Positions 48,963 to 58,552 of a stretch of DNA of 64,000 bases are shown in pieces. This DNA comes from Burkholderiaceae bacterium. GTDB taxonomy: Bacteria > Pseudomonadota > Gammaproteobacteria > Burkholderiales > Burkholderiaceae. The notes under the pieces are model-generated. The model was not told the DNA's origin. It made no database searches and was given only the letters and a program-made list of their open reading frames with translations. Location: the NCBI GenBank assembly GCA_947452625.1, contig CANGEC010000001.1:1576-65575 (forward strand). Direction: 5' to 3'. Numbering within the stretch: position 1 is the stretch's first letter; each line of letters starts with the position of its first letter. A program made the translations under genes and the position numbers.

Positions 48963-51197
48963 TTAAGCTCTCAGCGCCTTTAATGCTGCATTAAAGGTAG
49001 GGCTTGGACGCATCACAGCCTTACATTTTTCTGGATCAGCAACATAGTAACCGCCAATATCTACCGGCTTACCTTGAACCGCTTTTAACTCGGAAATAAT
49101 CTTTTGCTCATTCTCAATCAAAGACTTTGCCAGTGGTGCGAAATAGGCCTGCAATTCTTTGTCTTCAGTTTGAGCAGCCAAAGCTTCGGCCCAATACATT
49201 GCCAAGTAGAACTGGCTACCGCGGTTATCCAGCTCACCAGTACGTGGCGATGGCGATTTATTGTTTTCCAATAACTTACCAGTTGCCTCATCCAAGGTGC
49301 GAGCCAAAATTTTCACTTTGGTATTACCAGTCTTATCACCAATATCTTCTAGTGAAACCGCTAAAGCCAAGAACTCACCTAAAGAATCCCAGCGCAAGTG
49401 ATTTTCCTCGACCAATTGCTGAACATGCTTAGGCGCTGATCCACCGGCACCTGTCTCAAAAAGACCGCCGCCCGCCATCAATGGCACGATCGATAACATC
49501 TTCGCGCTAGTACCTAATTCCATAATCGGGAACAAGTCAGTGAGGTAGTCACGCAGAATATTACCGGTTACTGAAATAGTATCCTTACCACGAATGACGC
49601 GCTCTAAGGTATAGCGCATCGCACGGGTTTGCGACATGATTTGAATATCAACCCCGGTCAAATCATAATCTTTGAGGTAAGTCTTTACCTTCTTGATCAA
49701 CTCTGCCTCATGCGGACGATACTCATCCAACCAGAATACTGCGGGAGTATTCGAGAGGCGCGCACGATTTACGGCCAACTTTACCCAGTCACGAATCGGC
49801 GCATCTTTTACCTGGCACATACGCCAGATATCACCCTCTTCAACATTTTGTTCCAACAAAACAGTGCCATCATCTGCAACGATGCGCGCTACACCCGCCT
49901 CTGGAATCTCAAAGGTTTTATCGTGTGAACCGTACTCTTCAGCCTGTTGCGCCATCAAACCGACGTTAGGCACGGTGCCCATCGTGGTTGGATCAAAATT
50001 GCCGTGGGTCTTACAGAAATTAATCATTTCTTGATAGATACGGGCAAAGGTACTTTCAGGAATCACAGCCTTAGTGTCATGCAAGCGGCCATCAGCACCC
50101 CACATCTTGCCACCAACACGAATCATGGCGGGCATCGATGCATCGACGATCACATCGCTCGGAGAATGGAGATTAGTAATCCCTTTTGCTGAATCAACCA
50201 TCGCCAATGCGGGGCGGTGCTCATGACAAGCATGCAAATCCTGAATTATTTCTTCGCGCTTAGATTCTGGCAAGGTTTTAATCTTGTCGTACAGGCTGCT
50301 CATACCGTTGTTGGCATTAACGCCCAACTCTTCAAACAACTTAGCATGCTTTTCAAAAGCATCTTTATAGAAAATCTTCACAGCATGACCAAACACGATT
50401 GGGTGTGACACCTTCATCATGGTTGCCTTAACGTGCAAAGAAAGCATCATGCCAGTCTTATAAGCATCTTCGATTTCTTTTTCGTAGAACTCACAGAGCG
50501 CCTTCTTGCTCATGTACATGCTGTCAATAATTTCGCCAGCAATTAAAGAGACCTTTGGCTTGAGAACAATCGTCTTGCCGCTCTTAGTCACCAAATCCAT
50601 CTTGACATCACATGCTTTATCAAGAGTCATAGACTTCTCGCCAGCATAGAAGTCGCCGCCATGCATATGAGAGACGTGTGTCCGAGAAGCTTGGCTCCAC
50701 TCACCCATCGAGTGCGGATTCTTGCGGGCATAACGTTTAACAGCAGGTGGCGCGCGACGATCAGAGTTACCTTCGCGCAATACTGGATTTACTGCACTAC
50801 CCAAACACTTGGAATAGCGAGCGCGGATAGATTTTTCAGCATCATTCTTAGGATCATCTGGAAAATCCGGAATCTTATAACCTTTAGCTTGTAATTCTTT
50901 AATGGCTGCTAGCAACTGAGGAACCGAAGCGCTAATGTTTGGCAACTTAATAATGTTGGTATCTGGTACCAAGGTCATACGCCCCAACTCGCCTAAGTTA
51001 TCAGGCACTTTCTGCGCATCCGTTAGGCAATCAGAAAATTCAGCCAAGATACGTGCGGCAACAGAAATGTCGCTCTTCACAATCTCTACTCCAGCTGGTG
51101 CTGTAAAAGTACGAATCACTGGCAAGAATGCGCAAGTCGCCAAAAGTGGCGCTTCGTCTGTCAGCGTGTAAATGATCTTTGATTTCTCTGAAGCCAT
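48963..51197 (-). CDS. icd: Monomeric NADP-dependent isocitrate dehydrogenase
   Basis: [47 protein letters not shown]; 744 aa. Confidence 0.97.
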   Translation of the reverse strand: MASEKSKIIYTLTDEAPLLATCAFLPVIRTFTAPAGVEIVKSDISVAARILAEFSDCLTDAQKVPDNLGELGRMTLVPDTNIIKLPNISASVPQLLAAIKELQAKGYKIPDFPDDPKNDAEKSIRARYSKCLGSAVNPVLREGNSDRRAPPAVKRYARKNPHSMGEWSQASRTHVSHMHGGDFYAGEKSMTLDKACDVKMDLVTKSGKTIVLKPKVSLIAGEIIDSMYMSKKALCEFYEKEIEDAYKTGMMLSLHVKATMMKVSHPIVFGHAVKIFYKDAFEKHAKLFEELGVNANNGMSSLYDKIKTLPESKREEIIQDLHACHEHRPALAMVDSAKGITNLHSPSDVIVDASMPAMIRVGGKMWGADGRLHDTKAVIPESTFARIYQEMINFCKTHGNFDPTTMGTVPNVGLMAQQAEEYGSHDKTFEIPEAGVARIVADDGTVLLEQNVEEGDIWRMCQVKDAPIRDWVKLAVNRARLSNTPAVFWLDEYRPHEAELIKKVKTYLKDYDLTGVDIQIMSQTRAMRYTLERVIRGKDTISVTGNILRDYLTDLFPIMELGTSAKMLSIVPLMAGGGLFETGAGGSAPKHVQQLVEENHLRWDSLGEFLALAVSLEDIGDKTGNTKVKILARTLDEATGKLLENNKSPSPRTGELDNRGSQFYLAMYWAEALAAQTEDKELQAYFAPLAKSLIENEQKIISELKAVQGKPVDIGGYYVADPEKCKAVMRPSPTFNAALKALRA

Positions 51198-51203
51198 TAA
51201 TAT

Positions 51204-51300
51204 TTCCTCGATTTTGAAAAATTTACAGGGTCCGGTTTGGGCCTTGTCGCCCTGACATCTTGCAGCCCTTCATGGGCATCAGCATTAGCAGAGCGAGAGT
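51204..51300 (-). ncRNA. icd-II-like structured 5' leader (riboswitch candidate)
   Basis: Minus strand: 5' CTCG pairs with the RBS CGAG(G); internal stems GCCC..GGGC and CAGGG..CCCTG; directly upstream of icd. Matches my recollection of the icd-II motif described for Polynucleobacter. Confidence 0.7.
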
Positions 51301-51425
51301 CTCATTTTAAATCATTGAGATTGCCCAAATAGCGCTATTTCAGCTCTAAAGCACTTCAAGATGCCCAATTTAAGGGAATTCACCAACTCCCATCAAAGAT
51401 ATCAATTCCCCGTAAACTGTCACAC

Positions 51426-52625
51426 ATGACCAGCAAACACCCATTACTCAACAAAAACCTCGTATTACTCATCGTTTGCCAGGGGCTTTTTCTAACCAAC
51501 AATGTCACCTTTATTGCTATCAATGGCTTGGTCGGACTCAGTCTCACCCCCGTTGCTTGGATGGCCACCCTACCAGTAATGGGCTATGTCGTCGGTGGCG
51601 CGTTCTCGACTTCGATTGTGGCTAAGACGCAAAACTACTTTGGTCGCAAAATCTCCTTTCAGTTAGGGCTTTTGGTGGCGGTTTTTTCCGCCCTACTGTG
51701 TGCCTACGCCGCCTCAACCAAAAATTTCTGGTTATTGGTGGTTGGTACTTTTATTGCTGGCTACTACAGCGCTAATGGTCAGCTCTATCGCTTTGCTGCC
51801 GCCGAACTCACAGAGCTATCCCAAAGGGATAAGGCAGTCTCCTGGGTGCTAGCTGGTGGCATTCTTGGTGCCGTAGTCGGCCCCAATCTCGCTTCGTGGA
51901 CCAAAAATCTCTTTGACACAGCCTTTTTAGGCGCTTATTTATCGCTGTCAATTGCCGCCTTGATTGGCATCGCCGTAATGCAATGCATTCATTTCCCTGC
52001 AGAATTTAAAACGAAGCATGCTTTAGGCGCCGGTAGAGATCTCAAAACTATCCTCCGGCAACCCGTTTTTTTGGTGGCAGTGATTGGTGCATCCCTAGGT
52101 TATGGTGTCATGAACTTGCTGATGGCAGCCACACCATTGGCTATGCAAATCTGTGGTCTGCCTTTTTCTGATACCGCCCTGGTTTTGCAATGGCATGTGA
52201 TTGGCATGTTTGCCCCGGGATTTTTTACCGGATCTTTGATTCAACGCTTTGGCACTCTGAAGATTATGGGCGTCGGGGTTCTGTTGAATTGCATCTGCAT
52301 TGGGATAGCACTCACCGGCACAGATCTTCATCAGTTTTTATTCGCCCTCTTTTTGTTGGGCGTTGGCTGGAATTTCTTATTTACTGGGTCGACCTCTCTC
52401 GCCATGACTGCCTACAAACCAGAAGAGCGTGACAAAGCCCAGGCAGCAATTAACTTCTTTGTCTTTGGTACGATGGCCTTCACTTCTTTTGGGTCGGGCG
52501 CCCTGATTACCACGCAAGGTTGGAATTTACTCAACCTCGGCTCTATTCTTCCGGTATTCATTACTGGGGCAGCACTGCTTTGGCTGAGCGCTCATCGCAA
52601 GAAAAATAATCCCTTACATCAATAG
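51426..52625 (+). CDS. MFS transporter
   Basis: About 12 TM segments; YRFAAAE, AVSWVLAGG, WHVIGMFAPG. Confidence 0.9.
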   Translation: MTSKHPLLNKNLVLLIVCQGLFLTNNVTFIAINGLVGLSLTPVAWMATLPVMGYVVGGAFSTSIVAKTQNYFGRKISFQLGLLVAVFSALLCAYAASTKNFWLLVVGTFIAGYYSANGQLYRFAAAELTELSQRDKAVSWVLAGGILGAVVGPNLASWTKNLFDTAFLGAYLSLSIAALIGIAVMQCIHFPAEFKTKHALGAGRDLKTILRQPVFLVAVIGASLGYGVMNLLMAATPLAMQICGLPFSDTALVLQWHVIGMFAPGFFTGSLIQRFGTLKIMGVGVLLNCICIGIALTGTDLHQFLFALFLLGVGWNFLFTGSTSLAMTAYKPEERDKAQAAINFFVFGTMAFTSFGSGALITTQGWNLLNLGSILPVFITGAALLWLSAHRKKNNPLHQ

Positions 52626-52639
52626 ACATTCAATCTTGA

Positions 52640-53665
52640 CTAAGAAACTTTAGCTAAAGGAAGATTAAATAAAAGATTTTGGGGTTTGAGTTTGAGCAGC
52701 TTCTCGCCATCCATCCCAATACCCAAATACACTGGCTTACCCTCTAAGGCGCGCGGCACCACACCAGGATCAAGGAAATCCAAACGAAAGAGTGCAATGA
52801 TGTTGGCCAGCTCTAACGCATCAACGCTTTCTTCTTGATAGAGACGATTGAGGATATTGCTTGCAACCGCATCTAAACCAACATGCCAAGACCATTTGGT
52901 ATCCGTAATCTGCTGCATTGGCGTAATGCGCACCGCAATACCTAAGAAATGAGCAAGCCATTTTTCTAGTACCCGAGAAAAATGATTGATGGGCGGCTGA
53001 CCCACATTCAACTGGACTGCCAAATCATAATCTTCAGTCCTGGTCCAATAGATCTCAGCGTTATCCTCATGAATCACATCCAAATCAGCAGATCTTGCAC
53101 TCATAGATTTGCCTTTGAGCAAATCCATAATGTTCCCCGTTTCTCCTGCCTGAGCATTACGCGCGACTAGCTCCTGATCCGCAGCCATCACCACACCATC
53201 TTCTAGCACACTCATGATTTGCGTTCTGAAAAATAACTCTCCCATACGTGCATCCAAAGGATGGGGATCGTCCCCCAAAATATGCCGAACAAATATCTGT
53301 GCCAGCTGCGCAATGAACAAGGGGGGCACATCAACCCCTTCGCCAGCAAACAAACTTAAGTAAAAGGACTCCAAGGAGCTCGCAGCCAACAATCGAGTGC
53401 GATAGCGCAACCAGACTCGGTAGTTCTCCTGAATATCTGCATCGAGCATCTGAGATATTTCAGCGGGAGCAATGTCGGCACGAGGATCATTGAGTAGGCG
53501 CTGATGCAGGGCTTTCTCTACCTCACAAGACTCGGCCACCAAATTGAGCTCAGGCCTGTGTAGATAGGTCCGCAAAAAATCATCTGTCACCAGCAATTGA
53601 TTATCAGCATCAATCTCGAGGGTTTGGTATGCGGCGCTAGGCCAGTAATTTTTCATGGGTAACAT
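52640..53665 (-). CDS. DUF6352-like hypothetical protein
   Basis: VTDDFLR, RPEL, PPLFI, WHVGLD, KPQNLLFNLP. Confidence 0.65.
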   Translation of the reverse strand: MLPMKNYWPSAAYQTLEIDADNQLLVTDDFLRTYLHRPELNLVAESCEVEKALHQRLLNDPRADIAPAEISQMLDADIQENYRVWLRYRTRLLAASSLESFYLSLFAGEGVDVPPLFIAQLAQIFVRHILGDDPHPLDARMGELFFRTQIMSVLEDGVVMAADQELVARNAQAGETGNIMDLLKGKSMSARSADLDVIHEDNAEIYWTRTEDYDLAVQLNVGQPPINHFSRVLEKWLAHFLGIAVRITPMQQITDTKWSWHVGLDAVASNILNRLYQEESVDALELANIIALFRLDFLDPGVVPRALEGKPVYLGIGMDGEKLLKLKPQNLLFNLPLAKVS

Positions 53666-53736
53666 AAGCTCAATAAGACACGATACAAGGCTCAGAATAT
53701 ACTAGCGGCTCAATTTCAGTTAAATAGGAATACATC

Positions 53737-54084
53737 GTGAGTGAACTTAAGAAAATCGATACCGTTGTAGGCAATGGGACCGAAGCAACTGCAGGCAAAG
53801 AAGTGGATGTCCACTACACCGGCTGGCTATTCGATGAAAATGCCCCAGAAAACAAAGGGCAGAAATTTGACAGCTCTTTGGATCGTGGCCAACTTTTTAG
53901 CTTTCCTTTGGGTGCTGGACACGTGATTAAAGGTTGGGATGAAGGTGTTGCTGGGATGAAAATTGGTGGCAAACGCACTTTAATCATTCCATCAGAAATG
54001 GGTTATGGCGCACGTGGAGCTGGCGGCGTGATTCCACCCAATGCCACCCTAGTCTTTGACGTTGAACTACACGGCGTAAATTAA
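53737..54084 (+). CDS. FKBP-type peptidyl-prolyl isomerase
   Basis: [33 protein letters not shown]. Confidence 0.96.
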   Translation: MSELKKIDTVVGNGTEATAGKEVDVHYTGWLFDENAPENKGQKFDSSLDRGQLFSFPLGAGHVIKGWDEGVAGMKIGGKRTLIIPSEMGYGARGAGGVIPPNATLVFDVELHGVN

Positions 54085-54112
54085 ACCAGCGCTTCATTAC
54101 TAAACAGACATA

Positions 54113-54146
54113 AATAAAGCCACCGAATTTCGGTGGCTTATTTTTT
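54113..54146. terminator. Bidirectional terminator
   Basis: AAGCCACCGAA-T-TTCGGTGGCTT with flanking A/T tracts. Confidence 0.8.
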
Positions 54147-54183
54147 ATTGAGCACTAAAGTCAGTACCAGCAGAGCCTAAGAA

Positions 54184-55164
54184 TTAAGAACGCAAGTCTT
54201 TGCCATTGAGTGTCAAGCGATTGAGTGAGCCTGGCTGGCATAAATTCATAATGCGGCTTCGCTCTGCCATAACCTTCTCAGCGTAACCACCATCATCTTC
54301 GGCATTGGCAGCACCTACGTAAAATTTCAAACCATTACGCAAAGAGCCAGCACTAGCAATTAAGTGTTTCAAGATATAGGCGCCCACCCGAATGTTGACT
54401 TCGGGCTTGACAGCGCCTGCAGTACCACCATAAAGGGCGTACTTGTCTTTATGGACTGAGGTCATCACTTGCATCAAGCCCTCAGCACCGGCGTTACTCT
54501 TAGTGTTGGGGTTGAAATTCGATTCCACTGAAATCACTGCCAACAATAAGATCGGATCAATATTGGCCTCTTTGGCAATCAACACAGCATTAGAGACGTA
54601 CTCCTCGATCTTGCTACGTTCTAGGCTGTATTTCTTTTCAAAGAAATCCGCTACAGCGCGCTGGTTCTGAATTGATCCCATTAAATTACTATCCAAGGCT
54701 TGAGGATCAATTTTTGAAGTGGGAATCTGATTGGTCAAATGCGAGATCGGTTTTACTTGAGCCTGCGCTACCGAAGGCATCAACAACACAACCTGATGCT
54801 TGTTGGCCACCGCGCCAAACATCTTCTGACCTTGCTGGGCTTTACTAAAAGAATTTAATGATTGTGATTGATCATCCGCTAGGCTATTGCTAGCCTCTTT
54901 GCTATCAGGTACTCCAAGATCGTTCTGCCAAACAATGTGCCGAGCCTCTTCGGGCACCAAGATACGAGCCAAATCAAATGCTCCGGCACCAGTACCGTTA
55001 CCGGAAAGCCAAAGACTGACCGCCATAAATACGCAAACAACGAGCAAGCCATTAATCACCCGGGAGGCTGAACTAATAGCTTGTTGCAATAACTCTTTAG
55101 CGGAAGCCCAAAGAGGCTGAGCTATCTGCACATCACTCAAATTGTTTAATAAACTTTTACTCAT
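54184..55164 (-). CDS. Membrane-anchored lytic transglycosylase (SLT domain)
   Basis: AVISVESNFNP, GAEGLMQV, NIRVGAYIL. Confidence 0.9.
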   Translation of the reverse strand: MSKSLLNNLSDVQIAQPLWASAKELLQQAISSASRVINGLLVVCVFMAVSLWLSGNGTGAGAFDLARILVPEEARHIVWQNDLGVPDSKEASNSLADDQSQSLNSFSKAQQGQKMFGAVANKHQVVLLMPSVAQAQVKPISHLTNQIPTSKIDPQALDSNLMGSIQNQRAVADFFEKKYSLERSKIEEYVSNAVLIAKEANIDPILLLAVISVESNFNPNTKSNAGAEGLMQVMTSVHKDKYALYGGTAGAVKPEVNIRVGAYILKHLIASAGSLRNGLKFYVGAANAEDDGGYAEKVMAERSRIMNLCQPGSLNRLTLNGKDLRS

Positions 55165-55356
55165 TCATCCATTTGCAGCACTTCATAAAACCGAGCTACT
55201 GATTTATGTTGCAGTGCAATATATAAAAAACATGAGTCATCCTAAAAAGGTTCTTATATCTAGTCAAGAATAAAGAATGTACTTTTAATAACCAAATCGT
55301 ATAGAAATCCCTGTTAGGGATTTGGGGTAATCCCTGAATCTCAATAAATATATATA

Positions 55357-55369
55357 AATCAATAACTTA
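55357..55369 (+). promoter_or_regulatory. IHF-consensus site
   Basis: AATCAATAACTTA fits WATCAANNNNTTR, within an AT-rich intergenic region. Confidence 0.45.
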
Positions 55370-55458
55370 TATATGTAAGTGATCACTAATTTCATAGTAT
55401 AAAAAACTGCTATAAATTCGACTTTTTTACCATTTAAAAAGAAATCAGCAGCCCAAAA

Positions 55459-55505
55459 TCAATACATCTAGTGTTTTATCGGCGGAAAACTTCTACCTAT
55501 AGTGA
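55459..55505 (+). promoter_or_regulatory. Tandem NrdR-box-like sites
   Basis: TCAATACATCTAGTGT (55459-55474) and CTTCTACCTATAGTGA (55490-55505), 31 bp apart; consensus acaCwAtATaTwGtgt. Confidence 0.6.
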
Positions 55506-55670
55506 TAGTCATATTGTCCGAGGGTCGGGTGAAGCCTTCAATGTTTGCGCTTATCTAATGCCTTTTTGTCGCGCTGGAGATACTGAAAAACCCTGATAAT
55601 TGTTTGCTCTAGAGCCAATTGGCCAATCCAGTATTGGGGTGAGGAAGGATCTCACCTACACTACAACATC

Positions 55671-56672
55671 ATGAAATGGCTTAGCAAACTTCTTGCGCCT
55701 GCCTTACTGGCAAGCCCCCTGAGCGCTCTCGCGCTCTTTGAGCAATGTAAAGACGTCTTTCCCAACCAAATGATCCCCATAAGCCCCATGGTCGGTCGCG
55801 ACCTGTGCTTTGATGGGTTTGCCATCTACTACTCTCCGGTTGATAAAAAGCCTATCTATGCCGTTGAACGACTCAATGGTCGGCAACTTTCTGAGCCACA
55901 CCCGCGCAGAGCGAATCGGTTTTATGAAGAGGCTCGCCTACCATTTAGAGAGCGCGCCCTACTGTCGGACTACCGTGGCAGCGGTTATGACCGTGGCCAT
56001 AATGTGCCCGCTGGCGACATGACCAATGAACTAGGCATGGCTCAATCCTTCTCTTTGGCCAACATGATGCCTCAGGCCCGACAAAATAATCAGGGCCTTT
56101 GGGCTAAAAATGTAGAGGAGCCCACTCGGCAATACGCCAAACGAAGCGCAGGGGATCTTTACGTCTATACCGGATCTACGGGTAACCAAGGCAGTATCGG
56201 CACTAGCAAGGTGACGGTGCCGAGCCATCTCTTTAAGTTGGTTTATGACCCCCAGAAAAATACCGCTTGGGCTTATTGGGTTGATAACACCAATGAGGCC
56301 AATATGTCTCCGCCCATCTCCTACCAGGAACTCAAGCAAAAAACTGGGATTGACTTTGGGCTTCCAGAGAATATCGGCGCTGCCCACACAAACAAAACAC
56401 CGTCAAAACCATTATTGGGTGGCTGGTACCCTGTATTCTTTGATAGCTATTTACCAAGCAAGCTTGCGGAGATAGTGGCTGCTATTCAAGCTGGCAGAGT
56501 GGCTAGCGTACAGATTCAGTATGACCGCAATGAGATGCTTGCAAAAACATTAGCCGAATCCATCAGAAACAAAACCGGTCTTCAGCCAAGCCTGATTCAA
56601 AGCAGTCCACCAGAATCCAGCGAAGTCACTTACGAGCGCAATCGGGTGACGGCTATTATTCATAGTCAGTAA
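55671..56672 (+). CDS. Exported DNA/RNA non-specific endonuclease with C-terminal extension
   Basis: Signal peptide; DYRGSGYDRGH, SFSLANMMPQ..NNQGLW, VPSHLFK. Confidence 0.9.
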   Translation: MKWLSKLLAPALLASPLSALALFEQCKDVFPNQMIPISPMVGRDLCFDGFAIYYSPVDKKPIYAVERLNGRQLSEPHPRRANRFYEEARLPFRERALLSDYRGSGYDRGHNVPAGDMTNELGMAQSFSLANMMPQARQNNQGLWAKNVEEPTRQYAKRSAGDLYVYTGSTGNQGSIGTSKVTVPSHLFKLVYDPQKNTAWAYWVDNTNEANMSPPISYQELKQKTGIDFGLPENIGAAHTNKTPSKPLLGGWYPVFFDSYLPSKLAEIVAAIQAGRVASVQIQYDRNEMLAKTLAESIRNKTGLQPSLIQSSPPESSEVTYERNRVTAIIHSQ

Positions 56673-56694
56673 ATCACAATACCAATCACTTTGA

Positions 56695-56937
56695 TTACTG
56701 CCGCGCGCCCAAGCCATGCGCTCTCTGGATAGGTGCCAATAATCCACGTAAGCCATTGTGGTCAAGGGTATGCATCAACTCCAAGAGCTGGCCTAACTCG
56801 CTTTTAGGAAAGCCTTCGCGCGCAAACCAAGCCAAGTAATTACCAGGCAAGTCAGCCAAAGCTCGCCCAGCATATTTACCAAAGGGCATCTTCATCAATA
56901 CGAGTTTTTCAAGGGCTTGCGCATCCATAGAGGTCAT
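56695..56937 (-). CDS. DUF3820-family protein
   Basis: MPFGKYAGR.LADLP..YLAWF, NGLRGLL. Confidence 0.85.
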   Translation of the reverse strand: MTSMDAQALEKLVLMKMPFGKYAGRALADLPGNYLAWFAREGFPKSELGQLLELMHTLDHNGLRGLLAPIQRAHGLGARQ

Positions 56938-57004
56938 CTTACAAGCTCATGCCATTTAGCCCTCAGATTGATTACAGCAATACAAAAAGGGTCAATTAAT
57001 TAAT

Positions 57005-57047
57005 TGATAACGATTCTCATTTAGTTTATATTGAGAACCATTCTCAA
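57005..57047 (+). promoter_or_regulatory. Two Fur-box-like sites
   Basis: TGATAACGATTCTCA (57005-57019; 2 mismatches to TGATAATNATTATCA) and palindrome TTGAGAA-CCA-TTCTCAA (57031-57047). Confidence 0.75.
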
Positions 57048-57082
57048 ATACATTTTTATCTAAACCCATCAGGAAACAGAAA

Positions 57083-57991
57083 TTGACTATCAGAAGACTT
57101 ATTGCCTGCGCCATTCTCTTGGCAGCCGCCCTCCATTTATCTTTTGCCCATGCAGGTGAAGGTGCATTTGGTTGGATCTATACCTTAGACCTACAACCCA
57201 AAGGGAGTCTTGAGTTCGAGCAACGTCTGCAGCTCAATAAACAACAAGCAACAGGCTCCTATAACAACTGGCTGTCTAGATCCGAACTGGAGTATGGCTT
57301 AACGAATGATTTTCAAATTGCTGGCTACTTGAATGCCTATTATGTAAATGCCAATCAAAACTACAACAATCCGGATGCCTGTGATGGTACGCCCACCTGT
57401 ACAGGTGGGCAGCCAGTACCCTCAAGTCATGACCCTGCAACACCCTACCGAAAAAGCGGTATTGAGGGCGGCTCTCTCGAAGCTATTTATCGCCTTACGA
57501 ATCCCGTCACTTCTCCAGTAGGCGTTGGGCTTTATTTAGAACCCACCATAGGCAGAAATAAGAATGAGATTGAAGCCAGGCTATTACTGCAATCGAACTT
57601 TATCGATGATCGTCTCATCTTAGCCGGCAACGTTGTGATGGCCAATGAGCAACTGAAGTTTGTTGGTAATGGCAATGTTCCCGAATCCATGTTGGATTTC
57701 TTGGTTGGAGCAAGCTACCGCTTTGCCCCCAAGTGGTCTGGTGGGGTTGAGGCACGCTTTCATAATGATTTCTCGAGTTACAACCTTCAAAATCAGACGC
57801 AGCGCGCAACCTTTATTGGTCCAAATCTCCACTATGCCGCTAAAGACTGGTGGGTTACGGGTGCATGGCGCTATCAACTCAAAGGGGGCAACTGTATGGG
57901 CGATGGCACAGCCGAGTGCTCGAATGCACGCGTGTGGGATAGCCACTCCGTGAATGAGTTCATCGTCAAAGTTGGCTTTCCATTGAATTAA
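57083..57991 (+). CDS. DUF6662-like exported protein, probable outer-membrane barrel
   Basis: TTG start with AGGA; signal ending AHA-G; FGWIYT..PKG..EFEQ, ELEYGLT, GLYLEP, GPNLHY; two Cys-pair loops. Confidence 0.7.
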   Translation: MTIRRLIACAILLAAALHLSFAHAGEGAFGWIYTLDLQPKGSLEFEQRLQLNKQQATGSYNNWLSRSELEYGLTNDFQIAGYLNAYYVNANQNYNNPDACDGTPTCTGGQPVPSSHDPATPYRKSGIEGGSLEAIYRLTNPVTSPVGVGLYLEPTIGRNKNEIEARLLLQSNFIDDRLILAGNVVMANEQLKFVGNGNVPESMLDFLVGASYRFAPKWSGGVEARFHNDFSSYNLQNQTQRATFIGPNLHYAAKDWWVTGAWRYQLKGGNCMGDGTAECSNARVWDSHSVNEFIVKVGFPLN

Positions 57992-58006
57992 TCGCCTGCA
58001 AAAATC

Positions 58007-58552
58007 ATGATGAACTGGAAACCCAACCCTTATCTTGCCGCTGGTCTTGTACTCGTCAGTGCACCACTCATTGCTCACGCAAAGATCTACGTTTCAGTTG
58101 AACAAGCCCAGAAAATTCTATTTCCCAATAAGGTGCTAACTAAAACACCTATTTTGGTTACCGATGACTTGCAGGAAAAAATGCGCATTGCCTCTAGCAT
58201 CCGACATCCTTTTCAGGGCGACCGTATTTGGAAGGCTGGCGATGGCAGCTGGTTAATCGTGGATGAAGTCGTAGGTAAGCATGAAATGATTACCTATGCC
58301 GTGAGCCTGAGCCCAACGGGTGGCGTTCAAGGGATTGAAATATTAGAGTATGTCGAATCTTATGGCTATGAAGTAGCCGAAGCTTCATGGCGCAAGCAGT
58401 TCATTGGCAAAACAGTCAATGACCCCATCAAACTCAATCAAGATATTCAGAATATTGGTGGGGCAACCTTATCGTGCAAACATCTCACTGACGGCATCAA
58501 GCGAGTACTGACGTTTTATGATTTAGCACTCAAAAAGCCACAAAGCAAATGA
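58007..58552 (+). CDS. Exported FMN-binding (flavinylation target) protein
   Basis: Signal peptide; VVGKHEMITY, EILEY.ESYG.EV, QNIGGATLS (SGAT-like motif). Confidence 0.85.
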   Translation: MMNWKPNPYLAAGLVLVSAPLIAHAKIYVSVEQAQKILFPNKVLTKTPILVTDDLQEKMRIASSIRHPFQGDRIWKAGDGSWLIVDEVVGKHEMITYAVSLSPTGGVQGIEILEYVESYGYEVAEASWRKQFIGKTVNDPIKLNQDIQNIGGATLSCKHLTDGIKRVLTFYDLALKKPQSK

